Shown here: piece after piece, positions 9,527 to 17,740 of the stretch
Layout: every line of letters starts with the position of its first letter
Position numbering within the stretch: position 1 is the first letter of the stretch
NCBI GenBank assembly: GCA_023245895.1
Contig: JAHFJJ010000005.1
Span: 1-53,479, forward strand
Direction of reading: 5' to 3'
Length of the DNA stretch: 53,479 nucleotides
DNA from: Candidatus Doudnabacteria bacterium
GTDB taxonomy: Bacteria; Patescibacteriota; Doudnabacteria; UBA920
Notes under the pieces: generated by a model
Seen by the model: only the letters and a program-made list of their open reading frames with translations
What the model was told of the DNA's origin: nothing
Database searches by the model: none
Made by a program: the position numbers and the translations under genes

Positions 9527-9646
9527 GTGTCATCCCGACCGGAGTGCATCCGAAGTGGAGGGATCCCTTAAAGCTGATGTATATCGGACGTAAGGGATTT
9601 TCTCTCTTCCGCCTGCCTAAGGCAGGCGGATCGCTCGGGATGACGC
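9527..9646. repeat. MITE-like inverted-repeat element, family F1 (gene-less copy)
   Basis: Left arm GTGTCATCCCGACC...GGAGGGATCCCTTA, a 20-nt loop, and right arm TAAGGGATTT...TCGCTCGGGATGACGC. It contains an inner CTGCCTAAGGCAG mini-hairpin. The termini match 11653-11839 and the arms around the GIY-YIG gene. Confidence 0.8.
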
Positions 9647-9707
9647 ATTTATTGCAGACGGTACCTCTTAGCTCTGTTGCGGGGAGTGTTCATTTAAAAG
9701 TGGAAGA

Positions 9708-10118
9708 CTACCTTATCTGCAGTATATTTTGGACAATGGCAACTATGCTAAAGGACATTAGGGCAAAGACCAGGCCTAAAATTGCCCAGGTTATGGTTTT
9801 TTTAGCCTTGACTATGGTTTCTTCACTGCCCGCGGCCATAACCATTTGGAAGCCGCCCACTATAATAAATATCACAGACCAAATCCCCACAATGCCCAGA
9901 AGGGATTTTATAATTAGTAAAAAGGTCTGGGTCAGCTCTTGTGATGGTATGGGGTTAATAAGGCATTGTTTGGGGTCGGTGCAGGGGGCGGGTGGGGTGG
10001 GAGTCGCGTCCGCGTAAGTTTTATAAGCCCCAAAGGCAAAAGTTCCTACCAGGAACAAACTTAGTATAAAGCCTGTTTTTAGTGATTTTGCTATTTTGCC
10101 AAAGGTTTTTTGTTTCAT
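9708..10118 (-). CDS. TrbC/VirB2-like (type IV secretion-type) pilin family small membrane protein
   Basis: 136 aa. Signal/anchor helix, Pro/Thr-rich segment with a Cys pair (PTPPAPCTDPKQC), then two TM helices around a GGFQMVMAAGSEE loop. This architecture is typical of the small T4SS-pilin-like proteins abundant in CPR genomes. Assigned by eye only. Confidence 0.65.
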   Translation of the reverse strand: MKQKTFGKIAKSLKTGFILSLFLVGTFAFGAYKTYADATPTPPAPCTDPKQCLINPIPSQELTQTFLLIIKSLLGIVGIWSVIFIIVGGFQMVMAAGSEETIVKAKKTITWAILGLVFALMSFSIVAIVQNILQIR

Positions 10119-10195
10119 TTGGGTTGGTTATTTGAGTTTATTATACAACAAATGCGGAAAATAGGGAATTGTTGACGCAATACCAGTTCAGAAGT

Positions 10196-10249
10196 GTAGT
10201 TGCTCGATTCATCTATCCGCCTAGGCGGACTGATAAATCAGGCAACTAC
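10196..10249. repeat. compound hairpin repeat, family F2
   Basis: GTAGTTGCTCGATTCATCTATCCGCCTAGGCGGACTGATAAATCAGGCAACTAC, with 2 mismatches to 1716-1769. Confidence 0.85.
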
Positions 10250-10407
10250 GCAGGTGTCTTTTGTAGATTTGTCTATTAATACATTTATGTTATAATTCCT
10301 GTAACAAAAAATCAAAATCAAAATCAGGCAAAAACTCCTCTTTAAGGAACTTCCTTGCTTGATTTTATTTTTTTAATAAGTTATCCTCTATATATAATAA
10401 AAGACAA

Positions 10408-11604
10408 ATGAAAGCAAAGAAAATGGAAGTTAAGCCCAAAATTGAAACTTTTGCACGGATTAAAGTCTTGGGGATTGGCGGCTCCGGCACCAATGCCGTC
10501 AACCGCATGACCCAGCTGGGCATTCGCGGGGTGGAATTTATTGCCATTAACACCGACGCCCAGGCTTTGCATAATAACCAGGCCGACAAAAAAGTCCACA
10601 TTGGTAAAAGCGCGACCAAGGGCCTTGGCTCCGGCATGAACCCGGATTTGGGCAGGCAGGCGGCCGAAGAGAGCGTTGAAGAATTGGAAGAGGTAATTGA
10701 TAATGCCGACATGGTATTTATTACCTGCGGCCTTGGCGGCGGCACCGGCAGCGGCGCGGCTCCCATTGTGGCTGAGCTGGCAAAAAATAAAGGCATCTTA
10801 ACCGTTGGTGTAGTTACCAAGCCTTTTACTTTTGAAGGCAGCAAAAGAAAAGAAGTTGCGGAAACCGCTTATGATAATTTAAAAGATAAAGTAGATGCCA
10901 TAATTTCCATCCACAACGACCGCATTTTACAAATTATAGACAAGAAAACATCTTTAATAGATTCTTTTAAAACTGTAGATGAGGTTTTACGCCAGGGCAT
11001 TGCCGGCATATCCGATTTAATTACCACGCACGGGATTGTCAACGCGGATTTCGCCGACGTAAAATCCATTATGCAGGACGCGGGCACGGCCCTTATGGGC
11101 ATTGGACGGGCGAGCGGCGAAACCCGCGCGCAGGACGCGGCCAAAGCTGCCATTAATTCTCCTTTGCTGGAAATGACCATAGACGGCGCCAAGGGTGTGC
11201 TGTTCAACATTACCGGCGGCACCTCTTTGGGCATGTTTGAAATAGACGAGGCCGCCAAGGTTATTACCAGGAGCATTGATCCCGACGCCAAAGTTAAGTT
11301 TGGCGCGGTTATAGACGACAGCATGGGCGAAGAAATTCGCATTACGGTTATTGCCACGGGCTTTGACGAGTCCAGCAAGCGCTCCAGCCCGGTGTCCATG
11401 GTTTTAAACGACGAGCCCAAAAAGCCAAAAATCCAGGAATCCAAATTTGTAAGCCCGGCCCCGGCCATGGAAGTGCGTAAACCCATGTTCAACCCCAAGC
11501 CCGCCCCGCCAATTGAAACCAGCGAAGAGCCATCCTCGGCAGGGGACGCGGCGGGAGAAGATGAATTGGATATTCCGGCGTTTATACGGAAGAAGATGAA
11601 ATAA
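10408..11604 (+). CDS. ftsZ: cell division protein FtsZ
   Basis: GIGGSGTNAVNRM and the GGGTGSGAAP tubulin signature. C-terminal DIPAFIRKK peptide. No SD. TATAAT (10393-10398) lies only 9 nt from the ATG. Confidence 0.95.
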   Translation: MKAKKMEVKPKIETFARIKVLGIGGSGTNAVNRMTQLGIRGVEFIAINTDAQALHNNQADKKVHIGKSATKGLGSGMNPDLGRQAAEESVEELEEVIDNADMVFITCGLGGGTGSGAAPIVAELAKNKGILTVGVVTKPFTFEGSKRKEVAETAYDNLKDKVDAIISIHNDRILQIIDKKTSLIDSFKTVDEVLRQGIAGISDLITTHGIVNADFADVKSIMQDAGTALMGIGRASGETRAQDAAKAAINSPLLEMTIDGAKGVLFNITGGTSLGMFEIDEAAKVITRSIDPDAKVKFGAVIDDSMGEEIRITVIATGFDESSKRSSPVSMVLNDEPKKPKIQESKFVSPAPAMEVRKPMFNPKPAPPIETSEEPSSAGDAAGEDELDIPAFIRKKMK

Positions 11605-11612
11605 ATTACAGA

Positions 11613-11650
11613 AACTCTTTTCCAATTTGGGAAGGAGTTTTTTTATTTTT
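11613..11650 (+). terminator. intrinsic terminator after ftsZ
   Basis: 11-bp stem AACTCTTTTCC / GGAAGGAGTT (including G-U pairs) with a 5-nt loop, followed by TTTTTTTATTTTT. Confidence 0.7.
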
Positions 11651-11652
11651 AT

Positions 11653-11839
11653 GTGTCATCCCGACCGACCGAATGTCGTGCCTAAGGCAGATCTACCGAA
11701 GGTACGACATCTGAGGGAGTGGAGGGATCCCTTAACTCTTATTAGTATCAAAACTAAGGGATTTCCTGCCTACCGCAGGCAGGCTCGACTCGAATGTCGT
11801 AAAGATCTCCCGTAGGGAGACACTCGCTCGGAATGACAT
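11653..11839. repeat. MITE-like inverted-repeat element, family F1 (longer gene-less copy)
   Basis: GTGTCATCCCGACCGACC...GGAGGGATCCCTTA, a 20-nt loop, then TAAGGGATTTCC...CGCTCGGAATGACAT. The arms carry extra nested hairpins (GTCGTGCCTAAGGCAGATCTACCGAAGGTACGAC; CTGCCTACCGCAGGCAG). Confidence 0.8.
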
Positions 11840-11849
11840 AAAAAATAAA

Positions 11850-11899
11850 CCGGAGATTTCTTGGAACATAAAACATTCCTTAAAATCTCCGGTTTTTTT
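11850..11899. terminator. bidirectional intrinsic terminator
   Basis: Stem CCGGAGATTT / AAATCTCCGG, flanked by an A-run (11840-11846) and a T7 run (11893-11899). It serves the minus-strand CDS ending at 11922 and any plus-strand read-through. Confidence 0.7.
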
Positions 11900-11921
11900 G
11901 CCGGCTGATGTTGTTCGGCAG

Positions 11922-12371
11922 TTATCGCAAACGGATGGATATGCCGGAAATGGTTGTTCTGCCGCCTGATTGGAAGCGGACGGTAATGGCCAGTTCAACT
12001 TTTGCTCTTTGGGTAAGAGGCGTAATGCCCGAAAGGCTGGAAGACATATCTGCAAGCTTGATTTGCCGTTGAAGTTTTTGAGCAGTAATACCGTTTCCGG
12101 CAAGGACTCCCGGTCCCTTTGTCCGTATAGTATGCGCTTCCAAGTCGGCAATTTCTAATTCACTGACCGGATCCGAAACACGGATTTCAACCACAGCTTC
12201 TTGCGGCGCGCTTTCCGCTGTATAGCAGATTTCAACCTTAGGTTGCGGCGGTTGGGAAGTTTTGCAAGTCAGCGCTTGTTTTTGCTTTTCGTTTTGGGCA
12301 GCCGCCTGCGATAAAAAAAATCCATATCCCAGCGCCAGGGCTACCGTTGAAATAAGTAACCTACGTTTCAT
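11922..12371 (-). CDS. secreted hypothetical protein (149 aa)
   Basis: GAGGAGG (complement of 12379-12385) lies 7 nt before the ATG. It has a signal peptide (MKRRLLISTVALALGYGFFLSQAAAQ). No family recognised. Confidence 0.75.
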   Translation of the reverse strand: MKRRLLISTVALALGYGFFLSQAAAQNEKQKQALTCKTSQPPQPKVEICYTAESAPQEAVVEIRVSDPVSELEIADLEAHTIRTKGPGVLAGNGITAQKLQRQIKLADMSSSLSGITPLTQRAKVELAITVRFQSGGRTTISGISIRLR

Positions 12372-12674
12372 TCGATTTCCTCCTCTGCATTTTTGAACAG
12401 CAACTCGCCGCTTTCGGCTAATTTTATTTTACAGTAAGGGGCAGGAAAACGAAAGAAGCAAAAATCGCTTGCATTTTTTCTTTAGGTATGCTATAATGTA
12501 TTTAGTACAGTATTTTATTGGTCGATCTTTCCTCTAGAGGGAAGGGAAATACTAACGAAAAGAAACAAAAAGTTTCTCAAAATCAAAAAACAATTAAACA
12601 ACAGAGGAAATTCCATTTAACATCGGCTCTTACAATTGAGGAGCGGATTTCGTAAATTTTGGAATTTAATTATT

Positions 12675-13115
12675 ATGTTCTTAACACAAGAAACGCCGGC
12701 AAAGGTTTTAAGCCTTGTTGGCGCCAGCCTGTTTTCCATGTTTTTCCTGTTCGCGGTTTCAAATACCAACGCCAGTTTTACAGGAACGGAGAGTTCGCTT
12801 CCGGACATAGCCAGCCCGGCAAGAGTAATGTCAGTACTGGATAATGCCGCAAACAGCTACAGCAATTTTGTGGATGCTTATTTAGTTAAGCCCGGAGTGG
12901 AAAGCTACGCTTTCGGCAAAGACAACCTGGACTACATTATAGACGAAGCCGGCCCGCAAATTTTAGCCATTAGTGGTTTTGACAGCCTGGTTGACCAGCC
13001 GTCATCACAAGCTTCATCAGCCCCACGAGTCGCCGGAGCTTATACCGAAGTCAGTTATTTCAAACCTTCACAAGGCTTTAGCGTGGACACTTTGTACTCC
13101 ATATTGATAAGGTAG
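12675..13115 (+). CDS. membrane-anchored hypothetical protein (146 aa; alternative TTG start at 12636)
   Basis: ORF-track frame 12636-13115, with the first ATG at 12675. It has an N-terminal hydrophobic anchor (VLSLVGASLFSMFFLFAV). TGC-TATAAT promoter at 12489-12497. A terminator follows. Start choice is uncertain. Confidence 0.65.
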   Translation: MFLTQETPAKVLSLVGASLFSMFFLFAVSNTNASFTGTESSLPDIASPARVMSVLDNAANSYSNFVDAYLVKPGVESYAFGKDNLDYIIDEAGPQILAISGFDSLVDQPSSQASSAPRVAGAYTEVSYFKPSQGFSVDTLYSILIR

Positions 13116-13145
13116 TTTCCAACTACATATCTAAAAATAAATTTA

Positions 13146-13179
13146 AACTCCCGGCTGTGCCCCCGGGAGTTTTTGTTTT
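13146..13179 (+). terminator. intrinsic terminator
   Basis: Stem ACTCCCGG / CCGGGAGT followed by TTTTGTTTT. Confidence 0.8.
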
Positions 13180-13187
13180 AAAAAATG

Positions 13188-13225
13188 AATCCCGATCCTT
13201 CGTGCCCGCGTGAAGGATCGGGATT
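13188..13225 (-). terminator. intrinsic terminator of the convergent minus-strand gene
   Basis: Stem AATCCCGATCCTTC / GAAGGATCGGGATT. The T-run on the minus strand is the A6 run at 13180-13185. Confidence 0.75.
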
Positions 13226-13235
13226 TTAGATTGTG

Positions 13236-13964
13236 CTAGTCGTCGAGTTGTGCTATTGCTTCTTTCAAGTTAACTGAGGAGTCGAGTTTGCCTTGCCTGG
13301 CTAAAAGCTCTAGCAGGTATTTGCTGCAGTGCCTTGCGAATTCGGAATTCTCGGGCCCATCCCCGTAGTTGAAAAAATCTTGGAAACGGGTTTCGGGCCG
13401 GGACTTTACGAGACAGGCCATGTGGTAGAGCAAGCGTTCTTTAATTACCGCCGCGTGGATTTCAGATATGAGCAGGGAACCAACGTCGAAGACGGTATAA
13501 CAGTTCATGCTCAAGATGGCCGCGTCAAACCAGCTTCTGCCTGTAATGAACTGGTGTCGGCTGTCCATCAGAAAGTTTCCAATTGCCGATCTCCATTTTT
13601 CCTTTTCACGTTCTATAACGTTTTCGTATAGTTCTGGCTTTGCCAGCAAGGTTAAGGTTTTGTGCGGGACTTTTTCTTCTTGCATCCGCCTTGCCTCAAT
13701 ATTGGTGCTGGCCGGGTTGAGTTTGACGAGTGCTAAAAGGGTCGTTTGAGCCAGGGCGATTGTATCCGTGTCTTTTTCTCCGCCGGAGGTTGCATCCCGG
13801 CAGGCTGCCTCTGTTGCTTCAATAAGAAAGACAATTTTGTTAGAACGGCCAAATCCAACGAGGTGCTCTTCTTTCATCATTGAGTTAATCCAACCGATCC
13901 TGGGGGCGGCGTCTAAAACCCTCCAGTATTCGGACTCGAACTGCAGAAAGTTCTTCTGTTGCAC
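13236..13964 (-). CDS. hypothetical protein (242 aa), cytoplasmic
   Basis: GTG start with GGAGG (complement of 13974-13978) 9 nt upstream. It has its own terminator. No family recognised. Confidence 0.75.
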   Translation of the reverse strand: MQQKNFLQFESEYWRVLDAAPRIGWINSMMKEEHLVGFGRSNKIVFLIEATEAACRDATSGGEKDTDTIALAQTTLLALVKLNPASTNIEARRMQEEKVPHKTLTLLAKPELYENVIEREKEKWRSAIGNFLMDSRHQFITGRSWFDAAILSMNCYTVFDVGSLLISEIHAAVIKERLLYHMACLVKSRPETRFQDFFNYGDGPENSEFARHCSKYLLELLARQGKLDSSVNLKEAIAQLDD

Positions 13965-14173
13965 TTGTTTGTGCCTCCTTTAAAGTATATTGCCCACGCT
14001 TTAGTGGCGCCGGCTACGTGTGGGTAGGATAGGGCATTTGGGCTTGATTGTAAATAGATGTTTGGCTCCGTTTAGGAAGACAAAAAATTTAAATTTTTTG
14101 TCGTTTTTTGTGGATATCTGTGTTTAAAAATAACTAAAAATTAAAAACCTTAATATTTTAGGGGGCTTGAAAA

Positions 14174-14222
14174 AAACTATATATAGTATTACAATAATTA
14201 GGTAAGATACTAGATATGGTAG
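14174..14222 (+). promoter_or_regulatory. pair of NrdR boxes upstream of nrdR-nrdJ
   Basis: Box 1 AAACTATATATAGTAT (14174-14189; inner 12 nt a perfect palindrome). Box 2 ATACTAGATATGGTAG (14207-14222; 11 of 16 matches to consensus acaCwAtATaTwGtgt). The centres are ~33 bp apart. Confidence 0.6.
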
Positions 14223-14394
14223 TCTCGCTAAACGGGACGAAATACAAACCAAAATATAAAAGGGATAAGAGAAAGCCAATAGAGATTAAGAAAATACCCA
14301 CCTTGTTTGTAAGGGTTGTTAAAGATTCTCTAAAAACTTATATTTTGCCAGTTTTAATACCTGTAATTAACCATCATCGTTCAATATAAAAAGT

Positions 14395-14841
14395 ATGCGT
14401 TGCCCCAATTGTCAGAACGAAGACACCAAAGTGCTGGATAGCAGGCCAATAGACGAAGGCACGGCTATTAGGCGAAGAAGGGAATGCGAAAAGTGCGACT
14501 TTCGTTTTAGCACGTACGAAGAAATAGAAATCCTGGATTTGACGGTTATTAAGAAAGACGGCAAGCGGGAAATGTTTTCTAAGGAAAAGCTGGAGCGGGC
14601 TATTAGGCTGCCCATGGAAAAAAGGCCGCATACGGACGACACCCTAAGGAAACTGCTTTCTGCCATAGAAATAGAAATCCAGAAGAAGGCCAAGGACAGC
14701 CAAATTACCAGCGCGGAAATAGGGGATATAGTCATGAAGAAAATCAAGAAGGTAGACAAGGTAGCTTACGTCCGCTTCGCCGCTGTGTACAGGGAGTTTG
14801 AGGATGTGGACGAGTTTAAGGAAGAATTAAAGAAATTATAG
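14395..14841 (+). CDS. nrdR: transcriptional repressor NrdR
   Basis: Zinc ribbon MRCPNCQ...CEKC followed by an ATP-cone. 148 aa, typical length and sequence. Confidence 0.95.
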   Translation: MRCPNCQNEDTKVLDSRPIDEGTAIRRRRECEKCDFRFSTYEEIEILDLTVIKKDGKREMFSKEKLERAIRLPMEKRPHTDDTLRKLLSAIEIEIQKKAKDSQITSAEIGDIVMKKIKKVDKVAYVRFAAVYREFEDVDEFKEELKKL

Positions 14842-14919
14842 TGAATAGAGAATAGTGCTTAGAGAATAGGAGAAGATACATATTTTATCCTAACGCACTA
14901 TTCACTAAGCACTAATTAC
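14841..14919. repeat. word-like inverted repeat, family F7 (GTGAATAG / AGTGCTTAG words)
   Basis: GTGAATAGAGAATAGTGCTTAGAGAATAGG pairs with CCTAACGCACTATTCACTAAGCACTAATTAC. A single arm recurs after groEL (32851-32883). Confidence 0.65.
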
Positions 14920-14945
14920 TAAAATAGAATTAACTAAGAACTTAT

Positions 14946-17657
14946 ATGCAATCCAAACCCAACCTACAAACCAGAACAACTAACAGCTTGTCCGAGCTGG
15001 GAGAAAAAATATTCCTGGACCGCTACGCGGTTAAGGACATTAAAAGGGAAACTTTAGCCGTGGGCGACACGGTTGTGGTTTTGGTTAACCCAAAAACCGG
15101 ACAGCGCGAGATTGGGGTAGTAGACAATATAAATTTTGAAACCCGAGAGGTTACGGTTAAAATGAGAGACGGCCAGTTGGAGTATAGGACCATTGAACAC
15201 GTGGACAAGCCGCTTGAGCTCGCGCCCGAGCAAATGTTTGACCGGATTGCCAAACATATTGCCAGCGTGGAAAAGACAGCCGAAAAGAAAACCGAATGGG
15301 AGGACAAGTTCAGGAAATTAATGGACGACTGGAAGTATGTTCCGGCCGGCAGAATTTTTACCGGCGCCGGCACCGGCCAAAACCTAACTTTTTACAATTG
15401 CTACGTTATTCCGCATCCTAAAGATTCGCGCGCGGGAATTTTTGAAACCCTTTCGCAAATGGCGGAAATTATGAGCCGCGGCGGCGGAGTGGGGATTAAC
15501 GTTTCTTCTTTGCGTCCAAGGTACGCGTATGTTAAAGGCGTTAATGGACGTTCATCGGGCGCGGTATCTTGGGCATCGTTATATTCATTCGTTACCGGAC
15601 TTATTGAACAAGGCGGTTCGCGCAGGGGAGCTTTGATGCTTATTTTAAACTGCTGGCACCCGGATGTCTTGGATTTTATTAACGCAAAAAAAGAAGCGGG
15701 TAAAATTACCAACGCCAACATCTCTGTCGGCATTACCGACGATTTTATGCAGGCGGTTAAGGAAGACAAGCCGTGGGATTTGGTTTTCCCGGACACTTCT
15801 GACCCTCTATATAAAGACAAGTGGGACGGCAATATAAAGCGCTGGCAGGAGATTGGCGGCAAGGTAATTAAGCATAAGACTGTGCGCGCGGCTGATATTT
15901 GGGATAACATAATCACCTCCGCTTGGTCTTCTGCTGAGCCCGGAATGTATTTTATAGACCGCTCCAATTACTATTCCAACTCCTGGTATTTTGCCGATTT
16001 GCCCTGCACCAACCCGTGCGGAGAGCAGCCATTGCCAGCTTGGGGCGTTTGCAACTTAGGCCATGTTAATTTGGCCAAACACATTAACCGCGACACCGGG
16101 GAAGTTATGTGGAATGAGTTAAAGACTACAGTACAGTACGCTGTGCGCTTCCAGGACAATGTTATAGACGCCACGCCTTACTTTTTTGACGAAAATAAAA
16201 AACAGCAGTTGGGCGAACGCCGCGTGGGCATGGGCACCATTGGCCTGGCGGAAATGATGATTTATAAAGGCGTGCGCTACGGCAGCCCCGCGGCCGTGGA
16301 ATTTATAGATAAGCTTTACCAGTTTATTGCCGTTACCGCTTACGAAACGTCGGTTGAACTCGCCCGCGAAAAAGGCGCGTTTGAAATGTTTGAAGCTGAC
16401 AAGTTCTTGCAGTCCGGCTTTATGAAAAATATGCCGGAGTACATACGCAATTTGGTAAAGGAGTATGGCATCCGCAATGTAACAATTATGACTCAGGCCC
16501 CGACCGGCACGGTTGGGACTATGGTAGGGACATCTACAGGTATTGAACCGTTTTTTTCCTGGACATATTTTAGGAAGTCGCGTTTGGGAGTGCACGAGGA
16601 AAAAATTAAGCTGGCGCAGGACTGGCTGGACAAGCACCCGGGAGAAGATCTGCCCGACTATTTTGCCACAGCCATGGAACTCGCGCCGGAAGAACACGTC
16701 CAGGTGCAGGCCGCGGTCCAGCGCTGGACCGACTCGGCCATTTCCAAGACTTGCAACGCGCCGCAAAATTACACTATTGAACAGACCAAAAAACTTTACG
16801 AGTTAATGTATGACCTGGGCTGTAAGGGCGGAACTATTTATAGGGACGGTTCAAGAGATGAGCAGATATTGGCGACTGACCACAAAAAATTGGGCAAGGA
16901 TGCTTCGGACCAGGTGCAGGCAAAACAGGATTCCGACTTGGCTAAAGCTTCCAACTTCGCCAAGGCTACGTCGGACGAGGCGTCGGATAAGGTAATGGTA
17001 ATAGAAAATCATCCCAAAGAAGTAATGTCTATCATCGGTGACAATATGCAAATCAAACTCGCGCCGCGCACAAGGCCGGACATAATGAACGGCATCACTT
17101 ACAAAATGAACACGGCTTACGGCAATTTGTACGTAACCATTAACGAAGACGGACAGGGGCCCTTTGAAGTTTTTGCCCAACTAGGCAAGGCCGGCGGTTT
17201 CTTTAGCGCTCAGACCGAAGCCATTACCCGTTTAATTTCTTTGGCTCTACGCTCCAGTGTGGCGGTGGAAGAAATTATAGACCAGCTAAAAGGCATAAGA
17301 GGGCCGGATGTAAGCTTCTCCCAGGAAGGCATGGTTTTCTCTCTGCCCGACGCGGTTGCCAAAGTTTTGGAAAAGCACATTAGGAGAGGGGACAAACAGC
17401 TTACTCTGGAGCTGCCAGTCAGCGGTAAGTTGCCCGAAGTAAAAACACAAACAGATGTGGTTTTGGAAGAAAGGGTTGTGGAAACCATAAGCGAAGACAA
17501 AATTAAAACTAACGGCCACTTAACCTACAAAAAGACCCAGAAAATATCCATTGCCAACTTAGGCAACGCCCCGGTCTGCCCCTCCTGCGCTAATATGATG
17601 CTAATGGCCGAAGGGTGTATGAAGTGTGAGATGTGTGGGTATAGCAAATGCGGATAG
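14946..17657 (+). CDS. nrdJ: adenosylcobalamin-dependent ribonucleoside-diphosphate/triphosphate reductase (class II RNR)
   Basis: 903 aa. Class II RNR core including TNPCGEQPL, and C-terminal Cys cluster CPSC...CMKCEMCGYSKC. It lies directly downstream of nrdR. It carries a repeat-derived low-complexity insert (16947-16991). Confidence 0.9.
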   Translation: MQSKPNLQTRTTNSLSELGEKIFLDRYAVKDIKRETLAVGDTVVVLVNPKTGQREIGVVDNINFETREVTVKMRDGQLEYRTIEHVDKPLELAPEQMFDRIAKHIASVEKTAEKKTEWEDKFRKLMDDWKYVPAGRIFTGAGTGQNLTFYNCYVIPHPKDSRAGIFETLSQMAEIMSRGGGVGINVSSLRPRYAYVKGVNGRSSGAVSWASLYSFVTGLIEQGGSRRGALMLILNCWHPDVLDFINAKKEAGKITNANISVGITDDFMQAVKEDKPWDLVFPDTSDPLYKDKWDGNIKRWQEIGGKVIKHKTVRAADIWDNIITSAWSSAEPGMYFIDRSNYYSNSWYFADLPCTNPCGEQPLPAWGVCNLGHVNLAKHINRDTGEVMWNELKTTVQYAVRFQDNVIDATPYFFDENKKQQLGERRVGMGTIGLAEMMIYKGVRYGSPAAVEFIDKLYQFIAVTAYETSVELAREKGAFEMFEADKFLQSGFMKNMPEYIRNLVKEYGIRNVTIMTQAPTGTVGTMVGTSTGIEPFFSWTYFRKSRLGVHEEKIKLAQDWLDKHPGEDLPDYFATAMELAPEEHVQVQAAVQRWTDSAISKTCNAPQNYTIEQTKKLYELMYDLGCKGGTIYRDGSRDEQILATDHKKLGKDASDQVQAKQDSDLAKASNFAKATSDEASDKVMVIENHPKEVMSIIGDNMQIKLAPRTRPDIMNGITYKMNTAYGNLYVTINEDGQGPFEVFAQLGKAGGFFSAQTEAITRLISLALRSSVAVEEIIDQLKGIRGPDVSFSQEGMVFSLPDAVAKVLEKHIRRGDKQLTLELPVSGKLPEVKTQTDVVLEERVVETISEDKIKTNGHLTYKKTQKISIANLGNAPVCPSCANMMLMAEGCMKCEMCGYSKCG

Positions 17658-17699
17658 GGGAGCGGTTAGCGTATAGCGGTTAGTGATTAGTAAAACAAA

Positions 17700-17730
17700 G
17701 GCGGCGGCTTAACAGCCGCCGTCTATTAGT
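17700..17730 (+). terminator. probable terminator after nrdJ
   Basis: 10-bp stem GGCGGCGGCT / AGCCGCCGTC with a 4-nt loop. The T-tract is weak (TATTAGTT). Confidence 0.5.
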
Positions 17731-17740
17731 TAACATGTAA

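Noticed and set aside
9544-10017. 157-aa plus-strand ORF.
   Set aside because: Its 5' part is read through the F1 inverted repeat. The rest is antisense to the well-formed pilin-like gene 9708-10118. It has no start context.
14223-14394. Cobalamin riboswitch in the long nrdR leader (and upstream of cobO, 18395-18444).
   Set aside because: No B12-box-like sequence or the expected GC-rich multi-stem core is present. The cobO spacer is only ~50 nt.
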